A DNA stretch of 64,000 bases from a phage: NCBI GenBank assembly GCA_012338575.1, contig GCA_012338575.1_3616.1; one strand, 5' to 3'. Positions within the stretch are counted from its first letter, which is position 1; each line of letters starts with the position of its first letter. Below, one piece after another: positions 37,293 to 47,293 of this stretch. The translations under genes were made by a program, and so were the position numbers. The notes beneath the pieces are model-generated. The model had not been told where the DNA came from, did not search any database, and saw nothing but the letters and a program-made list of their open reading frames with translations.

Positions 37293-37492
37293 TATTTAGC
37301 TCTCCTTGTTTTAATTTTGGAAATTTCGTCTGGGTTTATGTTGGCCTTAAATGCAAGGTATCTGTTGAACATATCGGAGCACATGTCTTGGGTGATCCTG
37401 GAGGCATACACCAGCTTACCTCCCAGATCATACACCTCTAGCCAGTCACCGTATCTGACTACAGGATCGCCACCTTTAGAACATCTGCCCAT
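37292..37492 (-). CDS. hypothetical protein (66 aa)
   Basis: ORF; stop overlaps downstream start. Confidence 0.45.
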   Translation of the reverse strand: MGRCSKGGDPVVRYGDWLEVYDLGGKLVYASRITQDMCSDMFNRYLAFKANINPDEISKIKTRRAK

Positions 37493-37493
37493 T

Positions 37494-38087
37494 TCAAATA
37501 CCTTCTAAAAACTTTCCTATTTTATACCAGCTGTTAGCGGTATAGTCAACACTGACCTTTAACTCCTCGAATTGCTCATAAGGCGTATCTTTTAGGATTT
37601 TAATAACTTCAGGTCGTGAAGCGAATTGGTTCAGGTATTCATGCCTGTCGTCAATTATAACATCTACAGCCACATTTCCTTTGAAATGTGTGGCGTAGAA
37701 GCCGTGACCCTGGGTGTGATCGTCCAGATCCATAAAATCACTGGTCCAACGCTTTAAGAACCTTGATTTAGATGCAAGGTGACCTTTCTTGCATACCGAG
37801 ATAAATGCAAGCTTGTGACCACGAGCCACCAAATCTTTCATAACCTCAATAGCCCCCTCTTCGGGCTTAAGAAAGTCGTAGAGGAACGGGTCACTCCAGA
37901 AATCAAAAGGCCCTATGATGTTTTCTTTGGGGCGATCAGGCCAATACTTTGACAGATCGTAATACATTAACCCATTAGAAGGTTTAGCGACTGTCTTACT
38001 GGCTGGACCATACAAACGCTCCAACCACTCCCACCATGCTGTTCCTGAGTCTACCAGTGTCAGATCTACATCAATTCCGATTAACAT
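37494..38087 (-). CDS. HAD-superfamily phosphatase (possible 5'(3')-deoxyribonucleotidase)
   Basis: N-terminal IGIDVDLTLVDSG matches HAD motif I (DxDxT). Confidence 0.45.
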   Translation of the reverse strand: MLIGIDVDLTLVDSGTAWWEWLERLYGPASKTVAKPSNGLMYYDLSKYWPDRPKENIIGPFDFWSDPFLYDFLKPEEGAIEVMKDLVARGHKLAFISVCKKGHLASKSRFLKRWTSDFMDLDDHTQGHGFYATHFKGNVAVDVIIDDRHEYLNQFASRPEVIKILKDTPYEQFEELKVSVDYTANSWYKIGKFLEGI

Positions 38088-38698
38088 TCTTCTTGGGCCT
38101 CTTTAGCATCAATATACTTGCACACAATCTCCGATGCACACTCCCAAGGTGCACCTTCAGGGTTTACAACATCAAACTCAACCCCTTTTATTCCGTTATT
38201 TTCCAGACTTAGATAGGTTCTGGAATCATTTCCCCAGTCATATCCGACACGGTGAATACGGAACAACAACAGATCTCCACCTGTGCTGTATGCGTACTCA
38301 CTAAGGCATGCCAGCTCCTCTTTGAATCCACCATCGGAGTAAACAACAACCCCTTTACCTTTAGGGAAATCTTTCTTCAAGGATGTGACTGCGGCCTTAC
38401 CGAAAGCATCTTCACCAAAGATAGGTTTAATCAGATTTTCACTACAATGGATCATCCATTCTCGCGGAGAAACATGCTTGCCGTCTATCATTAAGAAAGG
38501 GCAAGGATCTTCTTTGTAGTGGCGGTCATAAAGTGCATTCCAGAGTTGAGGAGTTACACCAGCTGCCTTAATTGCCACACTGAAGAGCATCTCCTTAACC
38601 TCACGGTGGTGTGAGTTAGGAATAGCTTCCAACAAGAGATCTGCAATGTGGTCCTTACCACTGCTTGGTGGGGCGTTAAGAACAATAATATCCATCAA
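38081..38698 (-). CDS. deoxynucleoside monophosphate kinase-like P-loop protein
   Basis: IIVLNAPPSSGKDHIADLL resembles recalled T4 gp1 IFLSGVKRSGKDTTADFI. Confidence 0.5.
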   Translation of the reverse strand: MMDIIVLNAPPSSGKDHIADLLLEAIPNSHHREVKEMLFSVAIKAAGVTPQLWNALYDRHYKEDPCPFLMIDGKHVSPREWMIHCSENLIKPIFGEDAFGKAAVTSLKKDFPKGKGVVVYSDGGFKEELACLSEYAYSTGGDLLLFRIHRVGYDWGNDSRTYLSLENNGIKGVEFDVVNPEGAPWECASEIVCKYIDAKEAQEEC

Positions 38699-38898
38699 AA
38701 ACCTCCGTGGTATTCTTCAACTGCATCAATAATACTTTTACACTTATCTACCAGCTCGTTAGCCACTACAGCATCGTCTTCCCAAACAGCCTCTTCAATC
38801 TGATCAAGCAATGATCGCATTTTATCCATCATTTCTGGGATAAAGTTTTCTGAAAAGCTGTCTGGAACTGTTAACTTTAGTGTCATTGCGGTCTCCAA
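38695..38898 (-). CDS. hypothetical acidic protein (67 aa)
   Basis: ORF. Confidence 0.4.
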   Translation of the reverse strand: METAMTLKLTVPDSFSENFIPEMMDKMRSLLDQIEEAVWEDDAVVANELVDKCKSIIDAVEEYHGGF

Positions 38899-38913
38899 TC
38901 ATACTATTCGTTA

Positions 38914-39372
38914 TTAGAAGTTTGTTTTTACACGTCCCTTTTCATCTACCTCATTGTTAGCTAAAAGCGTTACAAAGTCTGTGAAACGGACATGAAGAAC
39001 TCTTTTCTTGTCAAGGTATCCTAAAGCCACCCCTGAAAAATTTAGCATCAAGGGGGCTAAAGAAGCTCTAGCACTGAAATGCTGTTGTTCTACTCTTCCA
39101 ACACCTTTAGTGTAGGATGGGTTAAGATTGTAAGTTCTGAATCCCAGTTTTGTTGGAGCTTTAGAATTAAAAACAACTTTATAGCGTTTCTTACTCAACT
39201 TATGCTCCAGGATAATAATTCCCTTATCACCCTTGATAAGTTGAAAATCTGTAAAGTGCTCTTTTAAGACGAAAGGTAGTGCCAGTCCCATAGCCTGGCC
39301 TCTTTGTACCGCTGTCTCACCAAAAGCTTTTGCATCAGTAAGTTCTTTGGTCAAGTCTATGCTTTTGATCAT
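38914..39372 (-). CDS. hypothetical protein (152 aa; start uncertain)
   Basis: ORF overlapping 3' end of upstream methyltransferase gene. Confidence 0.4.
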   Translation of the reverse strand: MIKSIDLTKELTDAKAFGETAVQRGQAMGLALPFVLKEHFTDFQLIKGDKGIIILEHKLSKKRYKVVFNSKAPTKLGFRTYNLNPSYTKGVGRVEQQHFSARASLAPLMLNFSGVALGYLDKKRVLHVRFTDFVTLLANNEVDEKGRVKTNF

Positions 39373-40153
39373 ACCGGGTCTCCAAAATGTATTGTAGTTC
39401 TTTCTTGCCTATACTCTTCATTCCAGCAGTCTTACCTGCTTCTTCTTGAAAAGAAGAATAGCATTCAGCAAACACTCTGTCAACACCGTCAACTAAAGAT
39501 TTTATGAAATATGTAGATTCTTCAGATTTTGGATCATCATCACCCAATACTTTTCCAGCGTTATACCCAACACGTCTTACACAGAAGTCGTAGTCATCCG
39601 GTGTGCTAAAAGAAAATAACTTATTCTCTCCAATATCTACAGGATCCCTATTGCACTCCTTCTTCTCCCAAATTTGGAAAACACATGGCACGTCATAAGG
39701 TTTGCCATTAAGTAAAAACGAGTTCTTAGGGCACCTTTCGCTGTAGACAAGGTGCATAGACATGTCCAGTTTGTTTGAAAAAAATATTTTTTCAAATGTC
39801 CGTGGCAAGATGAAGGCTATAGCCCCGCCAAGCTCTAGCAATGATGCACAATGGTTAAAGAATTTGCAAGCTAAAGATGAATTCTTACCAAACGGTGGGT
39901 TACCTATGAAGACATCTGCCTTGGGGTGCACCTCCAAGAAGTTTGCCTGGATGCACGGTGTTGGTCCTTCAAATTCAGGATCTGGTACTAAATCGTACGA
40001 CAGTATCTCTGAAAATAGTTTTGAAAAAGAACCTCTTCCAGCAGAAGGCTCAACGTATGCACAATTCCCATACTTATCTTTTACTTTACCAACAAGATAT
40101 TCTGCATACTCAGGGTTTGTGTAATATTTGTCGTTGGACTCTTTCTTACTCAA
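39335..40153 (-). CDS. DNA adenine methyltransferase (gamma-class-like, NPPF motif)
   Basis: SAM-binding EPSAGRGSF and catalytic VFIGNPPFG motifs. Confidence 0.65.
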   Translation of the reverse strand: MSKKESNDKYYTNPEYAEYLVGKVKDKYGNCAYVEPSAGRGSFSKLFSEILSYDLVPDPEFEGPTPCIQANFLEVHPKADVFIGNPPFGKNSSLACKFFNHCASLLELGGAIAFILPRTFEKIFFSNKLDMSMHLVYSERCPKNSFLLNGKPYDVPCVFQIWEKKECNRDPVDIGENKLFSFSTPDDYDFCVRRVGYNAGKVLGDDDPKSEESTYFIKSLVDGVDRVFAECYSSFQEEAGKTAGMKSIGKKELQYILETRYDQKHRLDQRTY

Positions 40154-40162
40154 AGTGCCTCC

Positions 40163-40190
40163 AAAAGGAAAAGGGAGGCTTGCGCCTCCC
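40163..40190 (-). terminator. rho-independent terminator (leftward)
   Basis: GGGAGGC-gcaa-GCCTCCC followed by TTTTCCTTTT on minus strand. Confidence 0.65.
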
Positions 40191-40198
40191 TATACTTG

Positions 40199-41182
40199 TT
40201 AGATTATCTGAATCAGGGTGTTTTTCATCTCTTCTCTGGTACGGATGTTGTTACGATCACGAACAACAGATCCACAACCTTCACAGCGGTATGTTTTAAA
40301 TGCACTCAGCTGAGTATATGCCAAAGCTTCTTCCTCGTGAAGGTGTTCTCCACCACAGCGTGGGCAACGAACCTTTGGCTCCTCGTCCTGGTAGTACAAT
40401 GACATGTTTGGGTGCTGCTTAGCAAACGGGCGAGCCAGCAAATACAGTCCTTCCAGAGACAGGATATCACCAACATTATACTCCCGCATCTGTTTAAATG
40501 CCTCAAGATCACCATGGACACACTTGATCCACATTTCAAATGTGTGATCAATCAGTTTCTGTCGGGCCAGTTGGAAGTATTTGCATGCATACTCCAAAGT
40601 GTTTGCATTCAAACGAAATGCCTTTTTGATCATTTTAAGGGTGTCAACATCTTTGTAGGGGCTTGTTGGAGGCAACCCGTGAAATGCAAATCGTTGGTTG
40701 GCCCACCCGCAGTCAAAACCTGAATTGTGGGCTACTGCGACATCGCATTTATCCAGATAATACCACAAATCCTGAATCAATTCGAGATCATTGTGAATAT
40801 CCTCATCCCACATTTTGTAATCTGGAAGAGCGCAATCAACCACACTAGGGCTGTCTAACCACTTACCTGCGAAAGTTAGCATATAGGGCATAACTTCAAT
40901 ACCACAGGTTTGAATGTTGGTCTTATAGTGCCCAAAGAACCAGCCGTTTGTTGGGGATGTCTCTGTATCATACACCCAAACTTTAGCACCTTTGTGCTCT
41001 TCAAGGAAGCGCTCCGTTGCCTCTCCTACAATCTCTGACATATTCTCTTGTGCACGTTTAAGCTGTAGTCGGATCCAGCTCTCACGTGACTCACGGCCTA
41101 AAAATTCACGAGCAATTTGTCTATTAGTGTATCCCTGTTGCTTTAGTGTTAAAATTTGCTCAAGAGTTAACTTTGTCATCAT
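40199..41182 (-). CDS. putative DEDD-type 3'-5' exonuclease with N-terminal HTH and C-terminal zinc ribbon
   Basis: VWVYDTETSP and HNSGFD exonuclease-like motifs; N-terminal LKQQGYTNRQIAREF HTH-like; C-terminal CPRCGG...CEGCG. Confidence 0.45.
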   Translation of the reverse strand: MMTKLTLEQILTLKQQGYTNRQIAREFLGRESRESWIRLQLKRAQENMSEIVGEATERFLEEHKGAKVWVYDTETSPTNGWFFGHYKTNIQTCGIEVMPYMLTFAGKWLDSPSVVDCALPDYKMWDEDIHNDLELIQDLWYYLDKCDVAVAHNSGFDCGWANQRFAFHGLPPTSPYKDVDTLKMIKKAFRLNANTLEYACKYFQLARQKLIDHTFEMWIKCVHGDLEAFKQMREYNVGDILSLEGLYLLARPFAKQHPNMSLYYQDEEPKVRCPRCGGEHLHEEEALAYTQLSAFKTYRCEGCGSVVRDRNNIRTREEMKNTLIQII

Positions 41183-41194
41183 CGTTAAGATTCC

Positions 41195-41416
41195 TTAGTA
41201 AAACTGAAGAATGTCTTTTAAAGCGAAGTCACGATATTCGCCCTTGTCTACATCGAAGGCACGCATCAACCACTGCTCTTCTTTATGATACTCTGTAGAG
41301 CCAAACCATAAATTAGGCTCAGTAACGCAGCGATCTGCAACAACACCTTTCCAGTTACGGTATTTCATCCTGATCAGGACTGAGTCGCAAGGATTGAATA
41401 CCTTTTTCATCCCCAT
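41195..41416 (-). CDS. hypothetical protein (73 aa)
   Basis: ORF. Confidence 0.4.
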   Translation of the reverse strand: MGMKKVFNPCDSVLIRMKYRNWKGVVADRCVTEPNLWFGSTEYHKEEQWLMRAFDVDKGEYRDFALKDILQFY

Positions 41417-41960
41417 AGAAATCTCTCTCCTCAGTTTTCTTTATAAACTCTTGCATGTAGAACTCAATAGCCTCATGCTTGGTGCACTCCGGATCAATGA
41501 CAAGATTGAGATCTGATTCTGCTCGTGCAATAATCGTAGCTTTAGAGCATCTCCTCAAGAACTTTGTCATATCATCTCTGTAGTTTTTGTGGAGCGGGAA
41601 GTCGCTGTAGTCTTTCTCCAAATAGTCAGCCATCCGGCGCAACGCCTCTGATAAACTGCAATCTGTATACTCGTTACAGTATTTCATCCAGTATTTAAGC
41701 ACATACCCCTCAAAGGTATTAGTGCATTGAGACAAAACACCCCTGCAACGACCAGTCAGATGATCATGATCTAAACAAGGCTTACGAAGTGGCTCGCACA
41801 AGATCGGATCAAGACCATCCTGCTCCTCTGACAATTCTTTTCGAAAGTTGGCTATGTCCTTAGAATCTTTTAACCACCCGTTATGAACTGGAGCTTTGAC
41901 AGCTTTCTTTCTTATTTTACGCTTTGCGATAATCCCTCCAGATGAGCCCTGCCTATCCAA
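41355..41960 (-). CDS. endonuclease VII-like (HNH-related) nuclease
   Basis: CLDHDHLTGRCRGVLSQCTN matches Endonuclease-7 signature (DHDH.TG..RG.LC..CN). Confidence 0.6.
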   Translation of the reverse strand: MDRQGSSGGIIAKRKIRKKAVKAPVHNGWLKDSKDIANFRKELSEEQDGLDPILCEPLRKPCLDHDHLTGRCRGVLSQCTNTFEGYVLKYWMKYCNEYTDCSLSEALRRMADYLEKDYSDFPLHKNYRDDMTKFLRRCSKATIIARAESDLNLVIDPECTKHEAIEFYMQEFIKKTEERDFYGDEKGIQSLRLSPDQDEIP

Positions 41961-42541
41961 TAAGCATCTGCGAGATCGGCCTTACCTTGTACCAAATTGA
42001 TCCCGTCTAGGAACCCAGGTTCAGATACTTCGCAGGCCTTAACCATCAACTTTTTATCCATTGTAACAGGTTTCTTCACAGTATGCTCTTTACCTGTCTT
42101 TTTGTCAAGCTTTTTCTTCTCCTCAAAAGCAAGTTCTTCAGGAAGATGACTACGAGCAAACTTTTTGGCAGTTGTTGGTGTCACTGTGTGGACCTTAAAC
42201 AGGCCGTCATTTTCACAATCAGCTAAGGCATCCCAAAGCATAATTTCAAGACCGTAAAACAACCCAGCCAGTTCACGTGTGGCATCCCCGCGTGATCCAA
42301 AGGAAAGCCCTTCCATAACCACGGTGTCAACGTGATGCGTGTGGATATAATATCTGACCTGTTTGCAGATCCAGTCAATACGCTCAGCAGCTGTTGCAAA
42401 AGAAACCGTCCCTGGTTTCTTCTCTTTTGCAGATGAGCTTTGAGTTCGTAACACAACCTTATGAACAGGCTTTCCATCGTCCCATACAACGCAAGCTGTG
42501 TGTGTCAACGACTGGTCTATGGATAATAGACGCTCTCTCAT
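41912..42541 (-). CDS. putative RuvC-like Holliday junction resolvase
   Basis: N-terminal LSIDQSLTHTACVVWD and internal EGLSFGS, C-terminal DAYWIG resemble RuvC catalytic acidic motifs (weak). Confidence 0.4.
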   Translation of the reverse strand: MRERLLSIDQSLTHTACVVWDDGKPVHKVVLRTQSSSAKEKKPGTVSFATAAERIDWICKQVRYYIHTHHVDTVVMEGLSFGSRGDATRELAGLFYGLEIMLWDALADCENDGLFKVHTVTPTTAKKFARSHLPEELAFEEKKKLDKKTGKEHTVKKPVTMDKKLMVKACEVSEPGFLDGINLVQGKADLADAYWIGRAHLEGLSQSVK

Positions 42542-42873
42542 GCTTCCTCATCCTCCTCTCCTTCATCAGGAGCATAAGCCTTATCTTTGAACAAGACGAG
42601 AGAGCAAAGCTTAACATCTGTTTCCACACTGGTGAACATGCATAACCGCTCGCCCTCAATCAGTTCACAATCCTCTTTTAAAACAGCAGACCATACACGG
42701 TCATCTGCGTAATCATCAGTGTACAGGATGTATGAAATGGTGTCATCTTCATACAACCGCCACATACCTGTGGCAACAACGAATGTATTTTTTGTTTTAA
42801 GTGTCCCTGTTGTATGATCATCCTCAAAAACAGCTTCCATAATTGCACTATCTACAGAATTTTTAGTCATCAA
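42538..42873 (-). CDS. hypothetical acidic protein (111 aa)
   Basis: ORF. Confidence 0.45.
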   Translation of the reverse strand: MMTKNSVDSAIMEAVFEDDHTTGTLKTKNTFVVATGMWRLYEDDTISYILYTDDYADDRVWSAVLKEDCELIEGERLCMFTSVETDVKLCSLVLFKDKAYAPDEGEEDEEA

Positions 42874-44009
42874 ATTGCTCCAACATTTCTAAGAACGTTA
42901 ACAAGTTTTGTTTGATCATTGAATGTTCGCTTCATATACAAACAGTCAAAAATTATACTCATCCATTGACCTACGGAAATTCTACGATCAACACCATTGA
43001 AGTCAGTATACTTAACAACACCTTTCGGGAACCACTTCTTGTACTGATCAATAATAGCCACCCACATCTCCTTTGGAGTGCTGCACTGAGACAGCAGGTA
43101 GAATGCTGAGGCATCCCCGAACTTACCCTTACCGATAAGTCCTTGATACGGCTTAATATTGTCGGCAGAGTCACCACACAGCATTTGGTATCCGAAGAAC
43201 AGCATTCCGTAACCACCAACCTCTCCATTAGGCTTCATGAAGATGTTCCCCATACCGTTATCGATCAGCATAGGGGTTTCCCTTACAAAATCTCCCTTAT
43301 CGTTTCGCATGGGATCGAACACAAGCCCCGGTAGTGTTCTTTGGTCCTTATCAATAGAGATAATAAACTTGTTGAACTTACCTGTTTTTTGGTAGTGGTT
43401 CCAACCTTCAAATTGCTGGATAGCTAACCAGTCGTCAGCCTCGATACCGTTGATCACTTGAGCATTGTACTGCTTTTGGAGATACTGTCTTGCATCTCCA
43501 AGCAGCAGTGGTCGAAGAGTATTGTTACGGTTGGCTTTATATCTTTCCGGCATTGGGAGATCTAGTCTGAAGTTACCTGTGCCTCCCAGCACCCCAACGC
43601 ACCGATCTTCCGGAATACCGAGATAATTAAGGACTGCATTAGCTTTACACTTAATTGTGTGCAAGCAGTTCTCTACAGGATCTGGGGTTTGGATATCCAA
43701 GACATCGAAATCTTCTCGTGTCCACGGAATAAACTCCTTGCCAGCCTTTTTACATGCAGCTTCACGGTTGGTATTCTCAGCTTTTAACCAACCACCAACG
43801 GTGTTCTTCTGCCGCCCCCAGAACTCTGTTCGTGTTTTAAACATCTTCTTACGTCCGGAGGCTTTGTGTGTTACCTCAATTGTCCTTTTTTCACAACTTG
43901 CTGCAGCTTGATATGCAACCTGATCGAAGTCATAATAAACTATAGCGTCAGGTTCAAGAAGATCAGTCAGACAATCTATGGACTCAATAAGTGGATATTC
44001 TCTACTCAA
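42870..44009 (-). CDS. 5'-3' exonuclease / flap endonuclease (FEN-like)
   Basis: GIEADDWLA, IISIDKDQRTL and GDSADNIKPYQGLIGKG motifs typical of the 5' nuclease family. Confidence 0.6.
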   Translation of the reverse strand: MSREYPLIESIDCLTDLLEPDAIVYYDFDQVAYQAAASCEKRTIEVTHKASGRKKMFKTRTEFWGRQKNTVGGWLKAENTNREAACKKAGKEFIPWTREDFDVLDIQTPDPVENCLHTIKCKANAVLNYLGIPEDRCVGVLGGTGNFRLDLPMPERYKANRNNTLRPLLLGDARQYLQKQYNAQVINGIEADDWLAIQQFEGWNHYQKTGKFNKFIISIDKDQRTLPGLVFDPMRNDKGDFVRETPMLIDNGMGNIFMKPNGEVGGYGMLFFGYQMLCGDSADNIKPYQGLIGKGKFGDASAFYLLSQCSTPKEMWVAIIDQYKKWFPKGVVKYTDFNGVDRRISVGQWMSIIFDCLYMKRTFNDQTKLVNVLRNVGAI

Positions 44010-44310
44010 AGACCCTCCTGTTAGTTATTCTGCAAGATGGTTGGATGCTGTAATGGAATGCATCATCACTCTCTGCAATAAGTGACTCAACATCCCAATA
44101 CTTTTCAAAAAGGAACGGATTAGACCCCCAGTGGTAGGTTATTTTCATCAAGGAGTCTGGTATCATATAACCACAGATCTTAATTACATCGCCCGGTTGA
44201 ATTGTGTTTTCATGAAGGTTTTTTGCCTTCTTCAGAATCATACCTTTGTGATTCTCATTTGCATACAACTGGACGATATCTTTATCTTCAACAATGAAAA
44301 TTTTAAGCAT
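44002..44310 (-). CDS. hypothetical protein (102 aa)
   Basis: ORF. Confidence 0.45.
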   Translation of the reverse strand: MLKIFIVEDKDIVQLYANENHKGMILKKAKNLHENTIQPGDVIKICGYMIPDSLMKITYHWGSNPFLFEKYWDVESLIAESDDAFHYSIQPSCRITNRRVFE

Positions 44311-44369
44311 ACCTAGTTCTCCTAGTTAATAAATAGTTAACTGATAATATCAGATCAGAGACTCATTTG

Positions 44370-44663
44370 TCAAGACTTTTTAGTCTTTCTCGGAGAGCTT
44401 TTTGTTGATCTTTTTCTTTTGTGGTAAATTCCAAGTGCAGCATTTTCTTGGGCACACGTTTTAACGGTTTTTAGATCAGATCTTTCAGCTTTAGGTAGAT
44501 TAAGCTCCCACCAACCCAACCAGTAAAGCTCTGATTCTGACAGCTGCTCAGATTCAGCCTTCCGATACAAGGCTTGCATACCTCTGATGATATCGTCCAA
44601 AGGTGTATCGAATACAAAAGCTGTCTTATCAAATTTCTCTTTTACAGGTTTCTTAGCCATCAA
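44370..44663 (-). CDS. hypothetical protein with basic C-terminal tail (97 aa)
   Basis: ORF. Confidence 0.45.
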   Translation of the reverse strand: MMAKKPVKEKFDKTAFVFDTPLDDIIRGMQALYRKAESEQLSESELYWLGWWELNLPKAERSDLKTVKTCAQENAALGIYHKRKRSTKSSPRKTKKS

Positions 44664-45117
44664 GGTAACCCTCTATCCACGAAAAGTCAGTCTTCCATTC
44701 TGGAACTTTACTAAGCTCACGCCACTCTGCAAAGCAGTCTCGGTAATAGGCCTCTGCCATACCCTTGGTGATCTTATTCACCTTAGCTAACTGACTAACT
44801 GCCTGAGCATACTTCCCACGGATATTTGCTAACCCAGGATGCACCGATGTGTGACAATCCGGGCACAACGCTATCAGTCCGACAAGCCGGATCACTCCCT
44901 CTTCGAAAGTGTAAAGTTCATGACACTCCACTGGGTGTTTGCTTCCTTTACCGCCGCACACCTCACAGGTGTAGTTGGCTTCTCTATAGCACTTCTTGCG
45001 GATCTTATCCCACTCACTCTTCTTCACAGCGTTTCGGAGGTTATTATACCAAGCTGTTTCTGGGATCAGTTGCACAATAAGCCTGCGTTCAGACTTCATT
45101 AAACGTCCGTCTTCCAC
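44653..45117 (-). CDS. zinc-binding protein (HNH-like Cys/His cluster)
   Basis: CEVCGG...HPVECHE...CPDCH arrangement. Confidence 0.35.
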   Translation of the reverse strand: MEDGRLMKSERRLIVQLIPETAWYNNLRNAVKKSEWDKIRKKCYREANYTCEVCGGKGSKHPVECHELYTFEEGVIRLVGLIALCPDCHTSVHPGLANIRGKYAQAVSQLAKVNKITKGMAEAYYRDCFAEWRELSKVPEWKTDFSWIEGYLDG

Positions 45118-45126
45118 GTATTCTCC

Positions 45127-45333
45127 TCACTCAAAGAAATGGGTGCGAGGACAAGATCCAGCCTCGCCTTGTTTCACAAGCTCGTAGAGCTCACCTTGAC
45201 TTGTCTCATAAAGGCAAATACGTTTACCATTGTCCCGATATACATCGACAAGATACGCTGTTTCACCTGCAAACACGACACCACAGGCCAGACATGCTGC
45301 CATGAACAAAATTGCCAACAGAAAGTCTTTCAT
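45127..45333 (-). CDS. small secreted protein (68 aa, signal peptide)
   Basis: MKDFLLAILFMAACLACGVVFA hydrophobic leader. Confidence 0.45.
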   Translation of the reverse strand: MKDFLLAILFMAACLACGVVFAGETAYLVDVYRDNGKRICLYETSQGELYELVKQGEAGSCPRTHFFE

Positions 45334-45396
45334 GGTTAAACCCTCCTAAACATTTTATGAGGTAACAATACCACGTCCGTGTGGTTATGTCAATGA

Positions 45397-45867
45397 TCAA
45401 TCAAGGACAACACCGCCTGACTTTTTAAACACCTCGATCAACTTCTCAATCTTCTGTTCATGCTGACCATATCCAGCACCAGGCAACGAAGCCCAGCGGG
45501 AACGGCATTTATGGATAGCCTCGTGGATACGCCCTTCGTCAATGTCGGCGAGAGCCTTGCACTCACGGATCAGTTGCAACGCAATCTTGTCCTGACTGGC
45601 AGGGCCAAAATCTGGCAATCCTAACTGTTCCATGTAGTGTTTAGCAAACTTCTCCAAAACCTGGTAACGCCCAGCAGCGGAGGAGGTAAGTTTAGCATTT
45701 AGCTTAACGTAAACACCGGGATGCTTGCTGTAATCGCTGAACAGCTTGCCTCCGACTATGACATCGTATCCCCGATCCTTGGTAGGTTGTCTACCATTAT
45801 CTGTGCCTTCCGAATATGCGATCATATCCAAGAAAGCCTTTCGTTGAACATTTTTATCAAGTTTCAT
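45397..45867 (-). CDS. endolysin, lambda R-like lytic transglycosylase
   Basis: QRKAFLDMIAYSEGTDNGRQ...YDVIVGG...AGRYQ...WASLPGAGYGQHE is near-collinear with recalled lambda R (QRKAFLDMLAWSEGTDNGRQ...YDVIVGG...AGRYQ...WASLPGAGYGQFE). Confidence 0.85.
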   Translation of the reverse strand: MKLDKNVQRKAFLDMIAYSEGTDNGRQPTKDRGYDVIVGGKLFSDYSKHPGVYVKLNAKLTSSAAGRYQVLEKFAKHYMEQLGLPDFGPASQDKIALQLIRECKALADIDEGRIHEAIHKCRSRWASLPGAGYGQHEQKIEKLIEVFKKSGGVVLD

Positions 45868-46009
45868 TTTTCATACTCTCCAGTTCACTCATAACGAGCC
45901 CCGATCAGCACCACTGTGTGGTGTGGCTAGGTTGCACAGTTCATACATCAGGGCATATGTAGGTGCAAATTGAAAACACTTATTCAATTGGCTACTAAAC
46001 ATACCTAAA

Positions 46010-47293
46010 TTATTCCAGCACCTCCCAAGTGTCTGGGTTAACATTTCGGACGCAGATACCGACAGGGAATTGGTAGTTGTTGTCTTCTGTCCTTGCTTGA
46101 TATTTGAAGGTGACAAACTTGCCGATCATTTCCTGCATTCTGTCATAGCTACGCTCCTCGTGCGTACCTTTCATCTTCATTTTAACAACAATACCTTCCT
46201 TGTCAACACAGATAAGAACACCTTCATCATTCTTATCTTTCTCAACGTCAATAACTTTCACCTCTGCGTCGTTGAACTTTTTCCATTTCAATGCTTCAGA
46301 TGTTCGCTGACCGTACTCGTATTTACCGCAGAAATTACGCATGATAGTACCTTCATATCCTTCGGACATGAATATACCAACAGATTCTTCGCAATGATCA
46401 ACTGTGTACGCAAGCTCTGCGTCAACAACCTTGATATGGTCAAGCATCAGAGTGGTAACGGTATCCTCTGCATCCATAAGATCCTTGCAGCGTCCAGACT
46501 CTGTTTCTGGATCCCACCACACCTTGTCGCTAGGAATATCAAAAATGTGATACTCAAGATCGTAGCTACAGTACCCACCGTAACGCAAATCATCACGAAC
46601 AGGCTCAACATCGACAGGAATATCTACCTTGTTGAAGTTTTTGTATGTTGATAAGCCTGCCTTAATTGCGGCATGACGGCGTTTTTTATCTGCCTCATAG
46701 TCTTTATCGATCTCGGCCTGAATCTCTTCCTGTGTGCGCCACCGTTTAGCAAGAGACACTATTTTCTGCAAAGGAAGACCATGAATGTATAGTTCCCCAT
46801 CAAGTTGTTTAATCCCAGTGGTAGAATGGAAAGAACGAAGTTGCTCTAAAAGCTTTCCTTGAATAGGGTAGGACTTATTACCACGGGAAATAAATTTAGG
46901 CTCACCATTTTGGAAAACAACAAGCAGACGAAGGCCATCTAACTTACGCAAGATCCAGCAAGGTAGTTTAAGTGCCTTGCCACGCTTCAGGTAGTCATGC
47001 ACCAGCATGGGTAAAAGATCAACACCCTGCTCGCAATCTTCCATGTTTTCAACATACCCCAGACGGACTTGTTTTTCCCACTTGCTGATAGCCTCAAGCT
47101 CGGCCTGTTGCTCAGCGGTAGTCTCATTGGCACGACCTACGTTCTTAGGTGTGCATACCGTCTCTTTGTACTGCAATTTACCGTCAAGCTTGCCAAACTC
47201 TACGATAACCTTTTCGCCATCAGTGAATACTTTCCACTGTTGGTAGCTGCCATCTTTGTTCAGTGCGTACAGTGTTGTTTTGATTTGATGCAT
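46010..47293 (-). CDS. ATP-dependent DNA ligase-like nucleotidyltransferase
   Basis: Motif I RKLDGLR (KxDGxR), motif IV EGTIMR, motif V LKWKKF. Confidence 0.6.
   Translation of the reverse strand: MHQIKTTLYALNKDGSYQQWKVFTDGEKVIVEFGKLDGKLQYKETVCTPKNVGRANETTAEQQAELEAISKWEKQVRLGYVENMEDCEQGVDLLPMLVHDYLKRGKALKLPCWILRKLDGLRLLVVFQNGEPKFISRGNKSYPIQGKLLEQLRSFHSTTGIKQLDGELYIHGLPLQKIVSLAKRWRTQEEIQAEIDKDYEADKKRRHAAIKAGLSTYKNFNKVDIPVDVEPVRDDLRYGGYCSYDLEYHIFDIPSDKVWWDPETESGRCKDLMDAEDTVTTLMLDHIKVVDAELAYTVDHCEESVGIFMSEGYEGTIMRNFCGKYEYGQRTSEALKWKKFNDAEVKVIDVEKDKNDEGVLICVDKEGIVVKMKMKGTHEERSYDRMQEMIGKFVTFKYQARTEDNNYQFPVGICVRNVNPDTWEVLE

Noticed and set aside
45889-46116. 75-aa minus-strand ORF
   Set aside because: Overlaps the 3' end of the ligase gene out of frame and spans the intergenic region; no SD.
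46070-46651. 193-aa plus-strand ORF
   Set aside because: Antisense within the DNA ligase gene; hydrophobic noise translation; no SD.
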